A stretch of DNA of 64,000 nucleotides from NCBI GenBank assembly GCA_046048995.1, contig JBJOEZ010000009.1:169535-233534 (forward strand). Direction: 5' to 3'. Source of the DNA: Verrucomicrobiota bacterium (lineage in GTDB: Bacteria > Verrucomicrobiota > Verrucomicrobiia > Limisphaerales > JADJPG01). The notes below the pieces were generated by a model that did not search any database, had not been told where the DNA came from, and worked only from the letters and a program-made list of their open reading frames with translations. Shown in pieces: positions 56,590 to 64,000 of the stretch. A program made the translations under genes and the position numbers. The number at the start of each line of letters is the position of its first letter. Positions within the stretch are counted from its first letter, which is position 1.

Positions 56590-57597
56590 ATGGATTCCGA
56601 GCAGGAGGTCCTTCCTCCTGACCCATATCACGACCCCCATCCCGGGGAGGAGGGGGGAGGTCCGGTCAAGAGTTTCCTCGAGCATCTCGAGGATCTCCGC
56701 TGGATGCTCCTCAAGTCCCTCGCCGCCCTCCTCGTCTGCATGATGGTCTGCCTCATCGGGGGCAACTGGCTGGTCAAGATTCTCACGTGGCCCCTCCAGA
56801 AGGCCGAGCAATACCGCCTGCACAGCGACCGCTCCGTCCCCCTCCACCTCGGCACCAACCGCATCGCCAGCCTCTCCCGCCAGGACCTCGAGGGCGCCTT
56901 CGGCACCAACCTGCCCCTGTCCGTCCGCCTGGCCCCGGTCAGCCTCGGCACCAACCTCGTCCTGGCCGTCGTCCCCGACGCCGAACGCTGGCAACCCCCG
57001 GCCGCCGGCATCACCGCCCTCAAGAATTACACCCCCCTCGGCGGCGTCATGGTCGCCCTCAAGCTCGCCCTCTACGGCGGCCTCGTCCTCGGCGCCCCCT
57101 TCATCCTGCTCTTCGTCGGCCAGTTCGTCCTGCCCGCCCTCCACTTCCACGAGAAACGCCTCCTCTACCAGATTGTCTCCTTCGGCACCGTCCTCTTCTT
57201 CCTCGGCGTCGCCTTCTGCTACTTCATCATGACCGGCGTCGCCCTCAGCGCCGCCGTCCAGTTCTCCGAGTGGCTCGGGTTCGGCGCCGACGAGTGGCGC
57301 GCCGAGGACTACATCGGGTTCATGTGCAAGTTCATGCTCGCCACCGGCCTGGCCTTCGAGCTCCCCGTCGTCATCCTCACCATCGTCAAGCTCGGCCTCC
57401 TCAACTATTCCCAGCTCAACCGCTTCCGCTCCTACTGGATCGTCATCGCGCTGGTCATCTCCGCCTTCCTCACCCCCTCGGCCGACCCCTTCACCATGGT
57501 GCTCATGGCCGCCCCGCTCTGGTTCCTCTACGAGGTGAGCACGCTCATCGCCTGGTACTGGCACCGCCGCGATCTCCGGCGCGCCCGCCAGGCCTGA
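56590..57597 (+). CDS. tatC: Twin-arginine translocase subunit TatC (with an enlarged first periplasmic loop)
   Basis: FLEHLEDLRWMLLKSL is followed by six hydrophobic segments and PSADPFTMVLMAAPLWFLYEVS. The product is 335 aa. Confidence 0.88.
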   Translation: MDSEQEVLPPDPYHDPHPGEEGGGPVKSFLEHLEDLRWMLLKSLAALLVCMMVCLIGGNWLVKILTWPLQKAEQYRLHSDRSVPLHLGTNRIASLSRQDLEGAFGTNLPLSVRLAPVSLGTNLVLAVVPDAERWQPPAAGITALKNYTPLGGVMVALKLALYGGLVLGAPFILLFVGQFVLPALHFHEKRLLYQIVSFGTVLFFLGVAFCYFIMTGVALSAAVQFSEWLGFGADEWRAEDYIGFMCKFMLATGLAFELPVVILTIVKLGLLNYSQLNRFRSYWIVIALVISAFLTPSADPFTMVLMAAPLWFLYEVSTLIAWYWHRRDLRRARQA

Positions 57598-57661
57598 GCC
57601 AGCGCCCGCGGCGGATTCCTGGTTGAGCCGCCCGCCCCGCCCCGCCTAGACTCCCGTCCCA

Positions 57662-58945
57662 ATGTCCCTGTCCGATGACATGCTCACGCTGGCCCGCCAG
57701 GCCCGCACGGCGGCGCGCGCCCTGGCCCGGCTGACCAGCGAGGAAAAGAACCGCTGCCTGCTGGCCATGGCCGAGGCGCTGGAAGCCAACCAGGCCGCCC
57801 TCCGCGAGGCCAACGACCGCGACATGGCCGCCGGCACGGCCGCCGGCCTCTCCGGCGCCATGCTCGACCGGCTTCGCCTCGACGAACCCCGCATCCGCGC
57901 CATGGCCCGCGGCCTGCGCGAGGTCGCCGCCCTGCCCGACCCCGTGGGACGCCTCCTCGAGGAACGCCTCCGCCCCAACGGGCTCCGCCTGCGCAAGGTC
58001 TCCTCCCCCATCGGGGTCATCGTCATCATCTACGAGTCCCGCCCCAACGTGACCGCCGACGCCGCCAGCCTCTGCTTCAAGAGCGGCAACGCCACCATCC
58101 TGCGCGGCGGCCGCGAGGCCCTGCACTCCAACCAGGCCATCGCCGCCACCCTCCTGCAGGCCGCCCGCCTCGCCCTGCCCTCCTTCCCCCCGCACGCCAT
58201 CCAGGTCGTCCCCACCCCCGACCGCGAGGCCATCCCCGCCCTGCTCTCCCTCACCCAATACATCGACCTCTGCATGCCCCGCGGCGGCGAGGGCCTCATC
58301 CGGGCCGTCACCGAATGCAGCAAGGTCCCTGTCATCAAGCATTACAAGGGCGTCTGCCACGTCTACGTCGACCGGGAGGCCGACCCCGCCATGGCCTCCG
58401 CCATCGTCCTCAACGCCAAATGCCAGCGACCCGGCGTCTGCAATGCCATGGAAACCCTCCTGGTCGATCGCCCCATCGCCGCCCGTTTTCTTGCGCTGGT
58501 GGCCCCCCTGCTCGCCGCCAAGCAGGTGGAGGTGCGGGCCGACGACGACGCGCGCGCCCTGCTCGGTCCCCAGCCGCCCACCGGCCTGCGCGTGGTGCCC
58601 GCCTCCGAGGCCGACTGGTCCACCGAATACAACGACTACATCCTCAACCTCGCCATCGTGGATGGCGTCGAGGCCGCCATCGAGCACATCGCCCGCCACG
58701 GCAGCGCCCATTCGGACGCCATCGTCACCGCCAACGAGGCCACCGCCCGGCGGTTCCTCGCCGAGGTGGACAGCGCCGCAGTCTACTGGAACGCCTCCAC
58801 GCGCTTCACCGACGGCGGCGAGTTCGGCATGGGGGCCGAGATCGGCATCAGCACCGACAAGGTGGGCGCCCGCGGACCCATGGGCCTCGATGAACTCACC
58901 ACCTACCGCTGGCTCGGCTATGGCTCCGGCCAGGTGCGCAGTTAG
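57662..58945 (+). CDS. proA: Glutamate-5-semialdehyde dehydrogenase (gamma-glutamyl phosphate reductase)
   Basis: GVIVIIYESRPNVT, LRGGREA, GVCNAMETLLV and HGSAHSDAIVT are present. Confidence 0.92.
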   Translation: MSLSDDMLTLARQARTAARALARLTSEEKNRCLLAMAEALEANQAALREANDRDMAAGTAAGLSGAMLDRLRLDEPRIRAMARGLREVAALPDPVGRLLEERLRPNGLRLRKVSSPIGVIVIIYESRPNVTADAASLCFKSGNATILRGGREALHSNQAIAATLLQAARLALPSFPPHAIQVVPTPDREAIPALLSLTQYIDLCMPRGGEGLIRAVTECSKVPVIKHYKGVCHVYVDREADPAMASAIVLNAKCQRPGVCNAMETLLVDRPIAARFLALVAPLLAAKQVEVRADDDARALLGPQPPTGLRVVPASEADWSTEYNDYILNLAIVDGVEAAIEHIARHGSAHSDAIVTANEATARRFLAEVDSAAVYWNASTRFTDGGEFGMGAEIGISTDKVGARGPMGLDELTTYRWLGYGSGQVRS

Positions 58946-58958
58946 CCCCCCCCAGCCC

Positions 58959-59405
58959 ATGCGATTCCCGCTCCGCCCCAGCCTCCTCCTGCTCCTGCTG
59001 GCCGCCGCCGCCCTCTCCGGCCGCGCCGCCGACCTCCCCGTGTGCCCCGCCTGGGAAATCACCGTGGTCAACCCGGCCGGCCAACCGGTCGCCGGATGCC
59101 ACGTGCTCCAGGTCTGGGGCTGCGATTTCCCGGAACACTACGCCGGCAGCCAAACCAATGCCGTGACCGGCGCCGACGGCCGCGTGCGTTTTCCCGCCCG
59201 GCACGTCGAGGCCCCGGCCACCCCGGCCTGGCGGAAAGCCGCCCGCCGCCTGGAGGGCAAGTCCTCCCCGCTCCCCGTGGCCAGCCTCCATGTCAGCCAT
59301 CCCGGGCATGCGCCCATCTGGATTTCCTCCCACCGCGACCCCCGCGTGACGGCCACCCCCGGGGGACTGCGCAGCCGCCTGATCCTGGCCCCGGCCAAAC
59401 CCTGA
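58959..59405 (+). CDS. Small secreted protein, carboxypeptidase-regulatory-like beta-sandwich (by eye)
   Basis: ATG 58959 is in frame inside track ORF 58443..59405. The signal is MRFPLRPSLLLLLLAAAALSGRA. It continues WEITVVNPAGQPVAGCHV..AVTGADGRVRFPA. Confidence 0.5.
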   Translation: MRFPLRPSLLLLLLAAAALSGRAADLPVCPAWEITVVNPAGQPVAGCHVLQVWGCDFPEHYAGSQTNAVTGADGRVRFPARHVEAPATPAWRKAARRLEGKSSPLPVASLHVSHPGHAPIWISSHRDPRVTATPGGLRSRLILAPAKP

Positions 59406-59409
59406 AGCC

Positions 59410-60759
59410 GTGACTGCCCCCGTCCCCGCCGCCGAGGTCGCCCGCCAGGTCCGCGACCGGCTGCCGCCCGGCGGCCTCTTCGCCGACCAATCCTGGCGGG
59501 TGGCGCCCGCCCCGTTCCCGCTCGCGCCGGAGGTGGTCCGCGATCTGGAATCGCTGGGGCGCGTCCTGCTCCAGTTCAACCGCGCGGTCAACCGCCTCTA
59601 CCGGCTCAGCGTCGAGGGCCGCCAACCGGAGTGGGTGGCCCGCTTGCTGGACCAGGGAAAGCCCGCCGACCTGATCGCGCTCCAGCGCCACCCGGCCCTC
59701 AAACACGCCGTCCCCCGGGTCATCCGGCCCGACTGCCTCCTCACCGAGCAGGGACTCTCCATCACCGAACTGGACAGCGTCCCCGGCGGCATCGGCCTGA
59801 CCGCCTGGCTGAACGAGACCTACGCCGCCGCGGGCGCCGAGGTGCTCGGCGGGCCCACCGGCATGCACGACGGCTTCGCCGGCATCTTCGGGGACGCCCC
59901 CCGCGTCCACCTCACGGTCTCCGCCGAGGCCGCCGGCTACCGGCCGGAGATGGCCTGGCTGGCGGAACGACTGGACCCCGCCCGCTTCGCCGTGCGCGAC
60001 ACCGCCTTCACGGGCTGGCAGTCCGGCGACGCGGTCTACCGGTTCTTCGAGTTGTTCGACCTCCCCAACATCGAGGCCGCCCCCGCGCTCTGGCCGCGGC
60101 TGCTCGCCGGCGAGATCCAGGTCACGCCCCCGCCCAAGCCGATCTTCGAGGAGAAACTGCTCTTCGCCCTCCTCTGGAACCGCAACCTGCGCGGCTTCTG
60201 GCGGCAGGAACTGGGCGAGGGCTTTTTCCAGCGCCTGCTCAAGCTCCTCCCCTACACGTGGGTGGTCGACCCCGCCCCGCTGCCGCCCCACGCCGCCATC
60301 CCGGAACTCAACCTCACCGACTGGCAGCAGCTCAAAACCCTGTCCCAGCGGGAGCGCGAGCTCATCCTCAAGGTGTCGGGCTTTTCCGAGCTGGCCTGGG
60401 GCTCCCGCGGGGTGCACCTGGGGAGCGACCTCTCCGCCGCCGACTGGGGCGCCGCCGTGGATGGCGCCCTCGGCACCTTCCCCCGCTCGCCCCATGTCCT
60501 GCAGCGTTTCCACCGCACCCGCGTGGTGGAGGCGGCCTGGTTTGACTTCGCCGCCGGCGCCGCCGCGCCCATGCCCGCCCGGGCCCGGCTCTGCCCCTAT
60601 TACTTTGTCCATGGCGAGGGCGACGCGGCCCGGGCCCAGCTCGGCGGGGTGCTCGCCACCCTTTGCCCGGCCGACAAGAAAATCATCCATGGCATGAAGG
60701 ACGCCGTGCTGGCACCCTGCGCCGTGGCCGCAGACCTCCATCCGGCCCCAGCGCGATGA
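59410..60759 (+). CDS. Uncharacterised 449-aa protein; ATP-grasp-like, resembling eukaryotic-type glutathione synthetase / circularly permuted ATP-grasp enzymes
   Basis: GTG start 4 nt after the preceding stop; its stop overlaps the marC ATG (ATGA). By eye it is collinear with human [35 protein letters not shown] parallels [52 protein letters not shown] parallels [31 protein letters not shown] parallels RFVLKPQREGGG. The assignment is not verified. Confidence 0.35.
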   Translation: [449 protein letters not shown]

Positions 60760-61385
60760 AGACCCTCGAATTCACCCTGCTGGCCTTCAGCTCGCTGTTC
60801 GTGATCGTGGATCCCATCGCGGTCATCCCCAGCTTCCTCGCCATCACCCCGAACGACACCCCGGCCCAGCGCGAGCGCATGGCCCGCCTGGCCAGCTTCA
60901 TCATGGCCGGGGTCCTGCTCACCTTCGCGCTCTCCGGCGAACTCATCTTCCGCCTGCTTGGCATCACCCTCCCCGCCTTCAAGATCGCCGGCAGCATCGT
61001 GCTGCTCCTCGTCGCCCTCGACATGCTCCGCGCCATCCGCTCCCGCGTCCAGGAAACCCCCGAGGAACAGGAGGCCGGCTCCCACAAGGTCGATGTCGCC
61101 GTCACCCCCCTCGCCATCCCCATGCTCAGCGGCCCCGGCGCCATCTCCACCGTCGTGCTCCTCCGCGCGCAGGCCCACGGACTGCCCAAGCTCGTCGCCC
61201 TCTGCCTGTGCATCCTCGCCGTCAGCGCGGCCACCTACTTCATCCTCCGCTTCTCCTCCCGCGGCGCCCAGTGGCTCAACCCCATCGCCATGAAAATCGG
61301 CACCCGCATCATGGGCCTCCTCCTCGCCGCCGTCGCCTGCCAGTTCATGATCAGCGCGCTCCGGGAATTGAAGCTGGTGCCCTGA
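60756..61385 (+). CDS. MarC-family (UPF0056) integral membrane protein
   Basis: ATG 60756 is in frame inside track ORF 60663..61385. MKTLEFTLLAFSSLFVIVDPIAVIPSFLAIT and TPLAIPMLSGPGAIS are present, with six hydrophobic segments. Confidence 0.85.
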   Translation: MKTLEFTLLAFSSLFVIVDPIAVIPSFLAITPNDTPAQRERMARLASFIMAGVLLTFALSGELIFRLLGITLPAFKIAGSIVLLLVALDMLRAIRSRVQETPEEQEAGSHKVDVAVTPLAIPMLSGPGAISTVVLLRAQAHGLPKLVALCLCILAVSAATYFILRFSSRGAQWLNPIAMKIGTRIMGLLLAAVACQFMISALRELKLVP

Positions 61386-61490
61386 CCCCCGGCGCGCAGG
61401 CGTCCCGCCCGCTGGGTCCGAGCCTCCTCCCGGGGGAACCCCTGCCTTCCACGGGGATGCACCCGCCAGGCGCGCCGCCCGCGCGCCGCC

Positions 61491-62231
61491 TCAACGCCGC
61501 CCGTCATACCACGTCCCGCAGTCCTCCCGCCGCCGCAGCGTCCGCCCCGCCCCCAGCACCGTCCGCGCCAGGAACCACGCGTGCTCCCACGGCGTGTAGA
61601 GGTGCAGTTTGCGCTCCGAGGTCCGCATCGGGTGCCGGTGCAATATCTCAATCCGGCGCCCCTCCCGCCGCGCCCGCCGCTTCAACCGCTGGAACAATTC
61701 AATCTCCTCGCTGGCGTAGAGTCTCTCGCTGAAGCCCCCCTCGGCCCGGAACGCGGCCGCCTCACAGAAGATGAACGAACCCGCCGCCCACCGTGCCATC
61801 CGGCTCAGCCGGTTCCAGCACCCGGTGATGAACCGGGCCGCCGGATAGGGCCCCTCCAACCGCAGGGTGCTCCCGCCGGCCAGCACGTCCCCGCGCCGGA
61901 TGACCTCCGCCACCGCCCCAAACAACCCCGCGCACGGCTGCGAATCCGCGTCCACGAAGACCAGCCACGCCCCGGCTGCCGCCGCTGCCCCGGTGTTGCG
62001 CGCCCGGGAGATCTGGTTGACCGGCTCAAACACCACGCGCGCCCCGGCGCTCCGGGCCAGCTCCGCCGTGCGGTCGGCCGAGTTGTTGTCGCAGACCACC
62101 ACCTCGTGCTCCCACCCCAGCGCCGTGAAGGCGCCAGCCGCGGTGCGCAACGATTCCAGGGTGGCAGGCAGGAGTTTCTCCTCGTTATAGGCGGGAACAA
62201 TAATGGAAACGGTCACGGCCACGCCCCGCAT
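61491..62231 (-). CDS. Family 2 glycosyltransferase
   Basis: ATG 62231 lies inside track ORF 61491..62366. VSIIVPAYNEEKLLPATLESL, VVCDNNSADRT and FVDADS (DxD) are present. Confidence 0.85.
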   Translation of the reverse strand: MRGVAVTVSIIVPAYNEEKLLPATLESLRTAAGAFTALGWEHEVVVCDNNSADRTAELARSAGARVVFEPVNQISRARNTGAAAAAGAWLVFVDADSQPCAGLFGAVAEVIRRGDVLAGGSTLRLEGPYPAARFITGCWNRLSRMARWAAGSFIFCEAAAFRAEGGFSERLYASEEIELFQRLKRRARREGRRIEILHRHPMRTSERKLHLYTPWEHAWFLARTVLGAGRTLRRREDCGTWYDGRR

Positions 62232-62370
62232 TGAAGCGGCCCGGGGCACCCCCTGTCCAGCCGCACGGACGCCAGGCCGGGACCGGCGCAGGCTGATCGT
62301 TCTCGTTGTTTTCCGGTGGCGGCTGTGCCACGCTCCCCCTGTCGGGAAGCTCGCCTCCGCTTTCACCTGC

Positions 62371-64000
62371 TTGAAGCGTCATCCACAGATTCTTTTCGTC
62401 CTGGCCGTGCTGGCTGCGGGCATCCTGCTGCCCTCCGCACCCCGGGCATGGGCGCAGGGCGCGCCGGAAATCCCGGCCGTGCTGCTCACCCTGGAAGGCC
62501 GCGTCGAGGTGGCCGCCGCCGGCACCCTCGACTGGAAACCGGGGCGGACCAACCAACTCCTGCGCCCCGGCGACCGCGTCCACACCGGGCCGCGCAGCCG
62601 CGCCACCCTGCGCTTGTCCGACCTCAGCGTGCTGCGCCTGAATGAACTGGCCACCCTGGAGGTGCGCCCCACGGCCCAGCCCGGGCAGCGCCTGTTGCTC
62701 GACCTCAAGGCCGGGCGTTCCTACCTGTTCAACCGCGAGAAACCCGCCGAACTGCAGTTCCGCACGCCGCTCGCCTCCGGGGCCATCCGCGGCACCGAGT
62801 TCGAGCTCAGCGTCGAGGAGGCCACCGGCCGCACCGTGCTCACCCTGCTGGAGGGCGCGGTCACCCTGAACAACGCCCAGGGCGAAATCGCCCTCGCCAG
62901 CGGCGAGCAGGGCACGGTCGAACCCGGTCAGGCCCCGCGCAAAAGCCCGGTCCTCGACGCCGTCTCCATCATCCAATGGAGCCTCTACTACCCGGCGGTG
63001 GTGGACCCGGACGAACTCCGGTTCACCGAGGGCGAACGCCAGGCCCTCGCCGAGTCGCTGCAGGCCTACCGCAGCGGCGACCTCCTGCAGGCGGTGGACC
63101 GGCTGCCAGGCGGGTTCCAGCCCGCCTCCGACGGCGGCCGGCTGTATCGCGCCGCCCTCCTCCTTTCCGTCGGGCAGGTGACGGAGTCGCAGGCCGAACT
63201 CCAGCGGCTGGAGAAGCCCTCGCTGGTCGCGGACGCGCTGCGGCAGGTGATGGCCGCCGTGCGGCAGCACCCGGGACCGATGCCCCGGGCGCCGCGGCGG
63301 GGCGCGCGCTTCGACAGCCTGCCCGAGAGCGGCACCGCGCTGCTGGCCGAGTCCTACCATCGGCAGGCCCATTCCGACCTGCCCGGCGCCCTGCGGGCCG
63401 CGCGGGAGGCGGTGCGGAAATCCGCCGGCTACGGCGGGGCGTGGGTGCGCGTGGCCGAGCTGGAACTGGGCCTGGAAAACCTGGGCGCGGCCCTGGCCGC
63501 GCTGGAGCGGGGGCTGGCCCTGTCGCCGCGGCACGCGGGCGGCCGGGCGCTGCAGGGCTATGCCCTGGCCCGGCAGGGGCGCACCGCGGAGGCGGAGCAG
63601 GCGTTTGCCGAGGCCATCGCGCTGGATGGCGGGCTGGGCCATGCGTGGCTGGGCCGTGGCCTGTGCCGGTTTCACCGCGGCGACCCGGCCGGCGGCCGCG
63701 CCGACCTGCAGGTGGCCGCCACGCTGGAACCGCAGCGCGCGGTGCTGCGGAGTTACCTCGGGAAGGCGTTTGCGCGGGAAGGCGACCTGCGCCGGGCCGA
63801 GAAGGAGCTGCGGCTGGCCCGCGCGGCCGACCCGAACGATCCCACCTCCTGGCTTTACCTCGCCCTGCTCTACCGCGAGGAGAACCGCATCAACGAGGCC
63901 ATCGATCACCTCGAGCAATCCAAGGCCCGCAACGACAACCGCAGCGTCTACCGCTCGCGGCTCTCCCTCGATCAGGACCAGGCGACCCGCGCGGCCAACC
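62371..64000 (+). CDS. FecR-domain plus TPR-repeat secreted protein, partial; runs off the right edge
   Basis: Absent from the ORF track because it has no stop in the window. I translated it by hand in frame from TTG 62371: (M)KRHPQILFVLAVLAAGILLPSAPRAWAQG is a signal. The FecR-like block is RTPLASGAIRGTEFELSVEE..TLLEGAVTLNNAQGEIALASGEQ. TPR-like repeats follow (GHAWLGRGLCRFHRGD, RSYLGKAFAREGDLRRAEKELRLA). There is no in-frame ATG near the N-terminus. Confidence 0.75.
   Translation, partial: MKRHPQILFVLAVLAAGILLPSAPRAWAQGAPEIPAVLLTLEGRVEVAAAGTLDWKPGRTNQLLRPGDRVHTGPRSRATLRLSDLSVLRLNELATLEVRPTAQPGQRLLLDLKAGRSYLFNREKPAELQFRTPLASGAIRGTEFELSVEEATGRTVLTLLEGAVTLNNAQGEIALASGEQGTVEPGQAPRKSPVLDAVSIIQWSLYYPAVVDPDELRFTEGERQALAESLQAYRSGDLLQAVDRLPGGFQPASDGGRLYRAALLLSVGQVTESQAELQRLEKPSLVADALRQVMAAVRQHPGPMPRAPRRGARFDSLPESGTALLAESYHRQAHSDLPGALRAAREAVRKSAGYGGAWVRVAELELGLENLGAALAALERGLALSPRHAGGRALQGYALARQGRTAEAEQAFAEAIALDGGLGHAWLGRGLCRFHRGDPAGGRADLQVAATLEPQRAVLRSYLGKAFAREGDLRRAEKELRLARAADPNDPTSWLYLALLYREENRINEAIDHLEQSKARNDNRSVYRSRLSLDQDQATRAAN

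Noticed and set aside
62185-63918. A 577-aa minus-strand ORF at the right end.
   Set aside because: It is antisense to the FecR-TPR gene, which has a signal peptide and recognisable domains.

Overview
This is a very GC-rich, gene-dense bacterial chromosomal segment with about 55 protein genes, one tRNA and almost no non-coding space. Nothing was run, so all calls rest on reading the ORF translations and the DNA by eye. A prepilin-type DUF1559/H-X9-DG protein, a sialidase/sulfatase pair, FG-GAP/ASPIC, CotH and Calx-beta/PKD exoproteins, and a UBact-type tag suggest a PVC-group (Verrucomicrobia-like) origin; this is inference only.

Most genes are housekeeping:
- hisS, ileS, glyQS, leuA, argB, argD, proA, cysK, rex, tatA, tatC and glgP
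- htrA, comM, and guanine and cytosine deaminases

The ORF track uses GTG/TTG starts and lists many long codon-register-locked antisense ORFs (up to 1517 aa), which I reject. It also misses two real genes that run off the window edges: 1..2217 on the minus strand and 62371..64000 on the plus strand.

The most interesting locus is a compact minus-strand operon at 47785..50999. It encodes a Dop-type Pup-ligase-family enzyme, a 58-aa Pup/UBact-like tag ending RYRQRTGQ, and proteasome beta and alpha subunits. No AAA+ unfoldase and no PafA-type ligase lie anywhere in the window.

Other points worth a second look:
- a NifS/IscS-like protein whose PLP-binding lysine codon reads Thr
- a candidate leucine leader-peptide attenuator upstream of leuA
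- a ~100-bp nested palindrome with four copies of a 10-mer between glgP and an NtrC-type regulator
- a seven-fold ~40-residue repeat in a Calx-beta/PKD exoprotein
- an uncharacterised ATP-grasp-like protein (it resembles eukaryotic-type glutathione synthetase by eye) in a proA-marC operon

I found no CRISPR array, IS element, integrase or rRNA.
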